A stretch of DNA of 64,000 nt from Eledone cirrhosa (taxonomy: Eukaryota), in contig OZ024742.1 in NCBI GenBank assembly GCA_964016885.1, positions 172,236,001 to 172,300,000 of the forward strand. Direction: 5' to 3'. A program made the position numbers and the translations under genes. Under the pieces are notes generated by a model, which searched no databases, was not told the DNA's origin, and saw only the letters and a program-made list of their open reading frames with translations. This document shows positions 57,230 to 64,000 of this stretch, in pieces; positions within the stretch are counted from its first letter, which is position 1, and the number at the start of each line of letters is the position of its first letter.

Positions 57230-57992
57230 TAATAAAATAGATGTTCTTTTGATCAATTACATTTTATTATACATATTTCAGATGTACAACAGTACGTCCT
57301 CATCAGACAAAACATAATGATACATGCCATAACCTGAGATGTTAAATGGTTAAGATTTAATCAACTAGTGATTAACCTAAGAGAAAATTTAACATATATA
57401 CCCTAATAATGAGAAAATGCGAAAACGTAATAAATTCAATAGAGAATGTGTGAGTAAGAAAAACGTTGCTTAATGTAACAGTTATAGAGATTTTAAAATG
57501 TATGATACTACAATATATCTAGGAAAATATCTCATGAATCATAACAGCCAGTGATAGCCCCTGGAAAAGGATTTATAAAGAGGGAAAGATAACGGGGGTG
57601 TGATATATGCAGAAGGGGATTTTTCCCGAAAGTTAAACGGTTAATTTTGAAAATATTTAATTTATAATATAGGGTGAAGACTCAAGATTTAGGGATTTTT
57701 TTTGCTGGGTATTTATATATTCGTTTTATAAATTCTATAAGTGTGTTAACATTTCTAAGCTTCTGAGTTTTATGAGGGTAACATTTAAAGGATTTAGCTG
57801 GCACATCAAGAATGAAATTTTATACTGTTGATTATTTTCCTAAATTTAAACTTTAACTAAGATACCAACATATTAGGTATGTAAAGCTTTTGAAGTACTT
57901 ATTGTTAGAAATATTTAAATAACGATTATGTATATAGATATATATTATTTCTAACAATAAGTACTTTAAAAGCTTTACATACCTAATATGTT
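57230..57992 (-). mobile_element. Decayed PLE 3' end with HHR and a 5' fold-back
   Basis: Weak GIY-YIG-like remnant (VIFPLYK); HHR near the left end; inverted arms 57868-57915 / 57945-57992. Confidence 0.6.
57256..57318 (-). ncRNA. Type-I HHR
   Basis: Minus strand: attatgttttgt-CTGATGA-ggacgtac tgtt gtacatct-GAAA-tatgta-TA-ataaaatgtaat; 12-bp stem I. Confidence 0.85.
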
Positions 57993-58136
57993 TCGACGGC
58001 TATTTCTGGACGCAGTCGAAACGGCTTGAGCTCTGTCGTCGGGCCATATATTTTTCCTATTTCCCACTCTACTACCCTAAGTATTGAGTATTTTGGTGCG
58101 TTATGTTCCATCTGGTTCCTTACCACAATTCCTTTG

Positions 58137-58139
<3 letters not shown>
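57991..58139 (+). repeat. Family X module (partial)
   Basis: tttcgacggctatttctggac...gtcgaaacggcttgagctctg...cacaattcctttgtaa. Confidence 0.85.
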
Positions 58140-58216
<77 letters not shown>

Positions 58217-58218
<2 letters not shown>

Positions 58219-58597
58219 CAGAATTAGAATTTAGCTAACTTGAAAACAGGCAAAAATATATAGTTTTCTCGTTTGTGTAAATGAGATTATTAATCTCATT
58301 TGTATATGAAGCTGTATAAGTTGGCTAAAAGTATACTAGAATAGAATTATGATTTAGCTTCGAGCATACCTGAATACAGATATGTCTTGGAATTTCGTAT
58401 CTCTAAAGAAATATCGAATGTTTATAAATAAACATTTAGAAAGCCGTAGATGCATTTCGAACTGAGCTGGTTCTCACCAAGACGATCCTCCCCGTTCTTG
58501 CAACTGGTGGACTTGAAAACAGGCGCGAATATATAGTTTTTTCGTCTGTGCAAATGACATGATTAATATCATTTATATATGAAGTTGTATTAGTTGA
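58217..58597 (-). repeat. Tandem-ended ~273-bp unit with a degenerate HHR (58444-58485)
   Basis: 58238-58323 resembles 58511-58596; minus strand TTGGTGA-gaac..gttc-GAAA-tgca-TC. Confidence 0.65.
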
Positions 58598-58600
58598 TAC

Positions 58601-58652
<52 letters not shown>

Positions 58653-58761
58653 ACATATATATGTATATATATATATATGTGTGTGTGTGTGTATGTGCGT
58701 GTGTGTGCATACATACGCATATATATATACGCATACACACATATATATATATACATATATT

Positions 58762-58822
<61 letters not shown>

Positions 58823-59001
58823 ACATTCGTATGCATGCATGCGAGGATTTGTGCGCGCGCATGAGTGCGTTTTTTTTATTCCCAAAAAGGTTTGATAAAA
58901 CCAGTAGCAGACTTGATCAAATGTGTAGTGGGCGTCAATATGATCGATTACATCTCTCTAAGTCGGTAGTGTGGCAACACTGGAGTCATTTAACTAAAAC
59001 C

Positions 59002-59075
<74 letters not shown>

Positions 59076-60917
59076 ATGTGTGGGTGGGTGTAAATTGTAA
59101 TTGTTCAACAATTTGTTATATACCAATATTTTTCAAACTGTATCCTTGTCAGTGCGTGTAAGAATATTTCCAGGAGACACTGATGGAAATCTAAATAGAA
59201 TTTGGTTTATTTCACTTTAATCCATTTATCTAGCGAATCAAAATGAAACAATATTTTGAATTTAGAATATTTAATAACTCATCACAAACTGAGGTTATAT
59301 TTAGGAATAATTTCCTGAATGTTCTCTAAATATCAAATTAAAAATTTAGCATTGATTGAGTTGGAAATGCGTTGAGCGAATATAAATCGAGATTCTTAAA
59401 TATAATATAATCTTTGAAGAGGAGTGTCGAAAAGTATATTATTCCCGAATAAATGTTCATGAAAGCTAAAAAGAAAAAAAAAAGAGCCGCATTTGTGTTA
59501 GTAACAGTTATAAAAATGATGCATTTTTACCGACTTAATTAACATATTTAGCACATTAACATATTCTAATTCATGCTATAATTATTAGCAAATGAATTAA
59601 TATCATTGACAGTAAAAATAGTATTTCCCGGTGTTTCTGATAATACATCACTAAACTAAATATTTATCCCTGAATTGATTTGTTTGTTGGTTGAATTTGA
59701 TCATTTCTATGGCAGTATTTTTGGACTCGCGGATTATTTTCTATAATTCATTTTAGCTGATTTCAATCATTAGACTGCGATTATGCTGGGGCACACCCTA
59801 AAAGTATTTAATCGATCATATTCATCTTGGAAATTATTTCCTCAAATACATTTCCAGTTCTAAAGTTATCAATTGCTTTTCATTGAAGCCTTAAATTGCG
59901 GGACGTAACCACAGACTTACTCACATACACAGACATACAAACAAATATCGAAGAGGAGCTATTGAGGTTTCTCTCTACCAAGCTTTACACGCACCGCATT
60001 TATCAACTCAATGATATAGTAGAAGATACTGGCCCTAGGTGTTACCCATCGACTGTGAACACGAAATTATGATTGCGAAGCGACCACCTTTAACACACAT
60101 CAATCGCTGCGCCTATACACACACGCACGCACGCGCACACACACATACACACACACACACACAAACACTCGTGAATATATATATATTATTACCGACATAT
60201 TTAATACATTTTAAACTACATTACTTTTATATTTTAACATTTCTCTCTGATATTATAATTTTATTGTTCATCTCTGGTTTATGTATTATGGTTTGATGAG
60301 ATTAATTCATCATTTTTACATAACAGACATTGAGAAACAACAATGAAAGAAAAATGTAATTTATCTAATTCATATTGCTTTTTATAAATTTATATATGAA
60401 CACAGTCATCAGAAAGAAAATATTTGTCTGTGCCTGTTAATGCGCATGAATATATGTGTATCATATATATATATATATATATAGATATATATATATGACT
60501 GCGTCTGTGTGTGCGTGTGTGTGTGTGTGTGTGTAGGCAGCGTAACGTCATAGGTTCGATTGGAGGACCAGCCGATGCTCTCGAGTAAAACGTTGATCCT
60601 GTACACTCAGCTGATAATGTGTATCATCGGTAGCTGGGGGTTAACCATATGATCAATGAGCCTCATGGCCAGGAGGGAATCTCATTCTCAGAGTCACTTA
60701 ACTCCAATTTTATCATGTCCTCCTGTTTTATCTGATGAAAAAACAAATATTATTGCATGATGATGTTTGTTTTTGAAATGCGCATAATAAAATACATGGA
60801 ACTCCTTTAACCATCTTTTGATCTTATATATTATGTATACTCCAGTCCTACCAACTGTAGAGTGCTTCTTATCCGATATCTGCATTGCTTTATTGTACTA
60901 CAATAAAACTCACCTCC

Positions 60918-60986
<69 letters not shown>

Positions 60987-60999
60987 GTGTGTGTATATG

Positions 61000-62480
61000 T
61001 AAAAGGTAAACAGAAATAACAACACAATCGGTACAGTATATGGAAGGTATATATTAGGTTAACGCTTGGTATAGCAGGAAGAGGGTCTTAACATTTTGGA
61101 CGCTATTCCTTCATCAGAAGAAAGAATGAGAAATGAAATAGATTGAGGGGACGGGCGGGATGTAATTGGAAAAAAATAACAGGTCCATTCATGTTGACAC
61201 CTCTTGCAAAACTGTTGGGGCTGGCTTTTTGTGTATGATTTTTTTTTTTAGAAAAGTGAAGGATGCGTCTACCGGAAATGAAAAAAAAAACGTTTTGTAA
61301 AAAGAGCTATATTTGAGCACGTGCGTAAGCATGTTTGTGTGTGTGTGTCTTATAGGTTCGTACGAAGCTAACAAGAAATGTGTGTGTATATGTGAGTAAA
61401 AGAGCGTGTGTGCATGCAAGTACGAAGCTATGAGCAAAAGTATGTTAATATAGGGGTGTGTATCGGCATGTATTAGTTGTAAGAGAAGCTGCTAATGAAC
61501 AAACGAAAGCGATAGGAATCTAGTGGTGTGATAATGGACAGGGTATTAGAGAAATTGGGGAGGTGAGTTGAGTCCAATAGGGGAATAGGACCCAATGCAG
61601 TGAATCAGACTTTGTTCGATCCTGGTGCGCGAGGCCTGTGATCCATGATTTAAAAGGCCACCCAGAACTGAAACATGTAGGGAAGAATGACCAGGAGAAC
61701 AGAAATGACGGGCGACAGAAATGATTTCCTCAAATGTTCGCCAAGACGGTCCGCCATACGCTGTCCCGTTTGTCCGATATATAAAGACCCGCAAAGGGAA
61801 CACCGGAGGGCATAGACAGCGTGGGTGGATGTGCAGGTGATGGAATGGCGGATACGGAAAGACCCGTTAGGGCCTGTAAGAGTGGTGATGGTGGAAATAA
61901 AGGGACAAGTGTTGCAGCGAAATTGGGAACAAGGATGAGAGCCGGGTGGGGTCGTGTGAGAGGACGAAAAGGTAGTTCGAACCGGAACGTCGCGGAGGTT
62001 GCGGGCGCGCTTAGAAGCAGTAATGGGTGGGTTTGGAAAGAAGCGAGAAGTGACGGGAGGATAAGTCGCCGGAGTTGTAGGCTGATGGGGTGATAGGTGA
62101 GAGGGAATGGAATACGGGTGTTGGGAGGGCGAGGGTGAGGTGAGACGGCTGTGATGCGGTCTGTTTCACGGGCGCGGATGAGAGCAGCTAGGATCAATGT
62201 GGGGCATTTCCACGCTGGATGAAGCAGGAAGACATGCGAAGGGAATGGGTTTCGAAATCGTCGTCCTGGCTACAGAGTCGACGAAGACGGAGGAATTGGG
62301 AATACGGTATGGAATGTGTGGTGTGGGTTGGATGGGAGGAGGTGAAGTCTTGATAATATTGGGAGTCTGTTGGTTTAATGAAGACGGAAGTAGAGAGGGT
62401 GTGGAGAGTGTGATTAATAGATAGAGAGAAATCTAGAAAAGCGACAGAAGAATCGGAGACGGAGGCGGTGGAATTGAGAG
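61000..62480 (-). mobile_element. 5'-truncated Penelope-like element (RT thumb + GIY-YIG + 3' pLTR)
   Basis: FIKPTDS, IPYSQFLRLRRLCS, IPFPLTYHP, CPLCGSLYIGQTG, E..LIHCIGSYSPIGLN; HHR with GAAA->AAAA at 61085-61122. Confidence 0.9.
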
Positions 62481-62482
62481 CA

Positions 62483-62686
62483 GGGGAAAAGTGTCAGGAC
62501 CCCGACGGCAGAGCTCAAGCCGTTTCGACGGCTATTTCTGGACATAAATAGTCCAGAAATAACCGTCGAAACGGCTTGAGCTCTGCCGTCAGGGTCATAC
62601 TTTTTCCTATTTCCCACTCTACTGCCCTAAGTATTGAGTACTCTGGTGCGTTATGGTCCATCTGGTTCCTTACCACAATTCCTTTG

Positions 62687-62689
<3 letters not shown>
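62483..62689 (+). repeat. Family X palindromic module
   Basis: gaccccgacggcagagctcaagccgtttcgacggctatttctggac-ataaata-gtccagaaataaccgtcgaaacggcttgagctctgccgtcagggtc plus tail, then (TA)n. Confidence 0.88.
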
Positions 62690-62769
<80 letters not shown>

Positions 62770-63189
62770 AACAGATGTTTAAGCGAATACACTATGCTTT
62801 TACACTTACATGGATCTTTAGATACTGACAGAGGCCACTTAAAATTTGTAGACGCATATGTAACCATTTCAGAGTATTACGGACGCATTTTAATGTGAAT
62901 ACCGTATTCAAATATTTCTGATTAATGTTTGTTTGCGCATGTATCTCTCACTCCCACGTCTCTATCTCCTTCCCTCGTATATTACCCTCGCTTTCAGTTT
63001 TTCTCTCTCTCCCTTACACCCTCTGTATCTTTCACTCTTTCTCTCTCTTCCTTTTACTCTTTCTCTCTACTATGCAAAGTAACATTACTATATTTAACAC
63101 ATCATATTAATAGAGTGCAATAACCTGCACACTACAGCAGTGATGCACTAAATGGAGTATAATAAACTGCATGTTACTGCAGTGATGTT

Positions 63190-63990
63190 CTAAAATATAG
63201 TTCTCAGTTGCATTTAGACATTGGTATAGCAATATCGATCACATAATTGGTTGCAGCTGCATTTGTGCAGATATCAGCAAAAATGACATCAACAATATTA
63301 ACATCAACACTAGCATCTCTAACAATAACCACAACAACAATACTAAGAGCGACACAAACAATAACAACAACATGAGCAACACTAACAGTAACTGCAACAA
63401 TATCAATACTGGCCTCTCTAACAATAAATACAACGGCAAACCCGGCGTCACTATCAATAACGACAACACCAACAACATCAATATGAATAACTACAACTAT
63501 AACAGCAAAAACTAAATGAACGCCCACACTATCAATAATTACAAAACAAACATTAATATCACACAAGCTTCATTAAGTATAACTACAATAACAACAGCAA
63601 TACCAACATTACTATAAATAAATAAATACAGCAGCAACAACATAAACAATATCAGCAACAGCCTCACCAACAATAACGACAGGAATTACGACAGTAACAA
63701 TAACAATTTTATCAACAACAACCTTTCTAATAATTACTACAACATAAACACCAGCCTCACTAACAATAACACCATCACTAACAATGATATTAAAGACAAC
63801 TACATCAACAATAGCAACACTAACAGATAACTGCAACAACTATGTGAGCATCAGCAACATTAATATTATTAACTGAAACTACTGCAACAACAATAACAAC
63901 TGCAGCTATATCGATAGCAACAACAAAAAAACATTAGCAACAACACCAAAATCATTGATAGTCGTAACAAAGACACAATAGAAGCAACGA
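63190..63990. repeat. Degenerate (AAC/AAT)n low-complexity tract
   Basis: Trinucleotide-periodic, A/C-rich sequence. Confidence 0.85.
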
Positions 63991-64000
63991 ATTTTTTTTT

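Noticed and set aside
63204-63839. Val/Ile-rich hydrophobic ORFs
   Set aside because: They are the antisense reading of degenerate (AAC)n repeats.

Overview
AT-rich, microsatellite-dense animal DNA. The SINE and LINE families resemble those of octopods (my recognition, not a database result). I found no convincing host exon; the window is almost all transposable elements and (TA)n/(CA)n tracts. Recognisable elements: several decayed Penelope-like elements (PLE; RT plus C-terminal GIY-YIG), a Chapaev-type DNA transposon remnant, a full-length decayed Ty3/gypsy element (21829-27316), a gypsy gag-protease fragment, an RTE LINE, a near full-length Tx1-like LINE, R4/Dong-like fragments and many tRNA-derived SINEs. 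The unexplained structure is a dense set of non-coding or 5'-truncated units, mostly in (TA)n tracts, with PLE architecture (inverted partial repeat plus tandem repeat) and type-I hammerhead ribozyme (HHR) motifs. I found about 13 HHR motifs by eye, about 8 with intact cores. Three things stand out: a 1.8-kb near-perfect palindrome of a GIY-YIG/HHR 3' end; a gypsy LTR whose two ends carry the two halves of an antisense HHR and which appears in PLE/retrozyme-like arrangements; and a ~200-bp palindromic module capping the 5' junction of two different PLE fragments. All folds and alignments were done by eye and need computational and biochemical confirmation.
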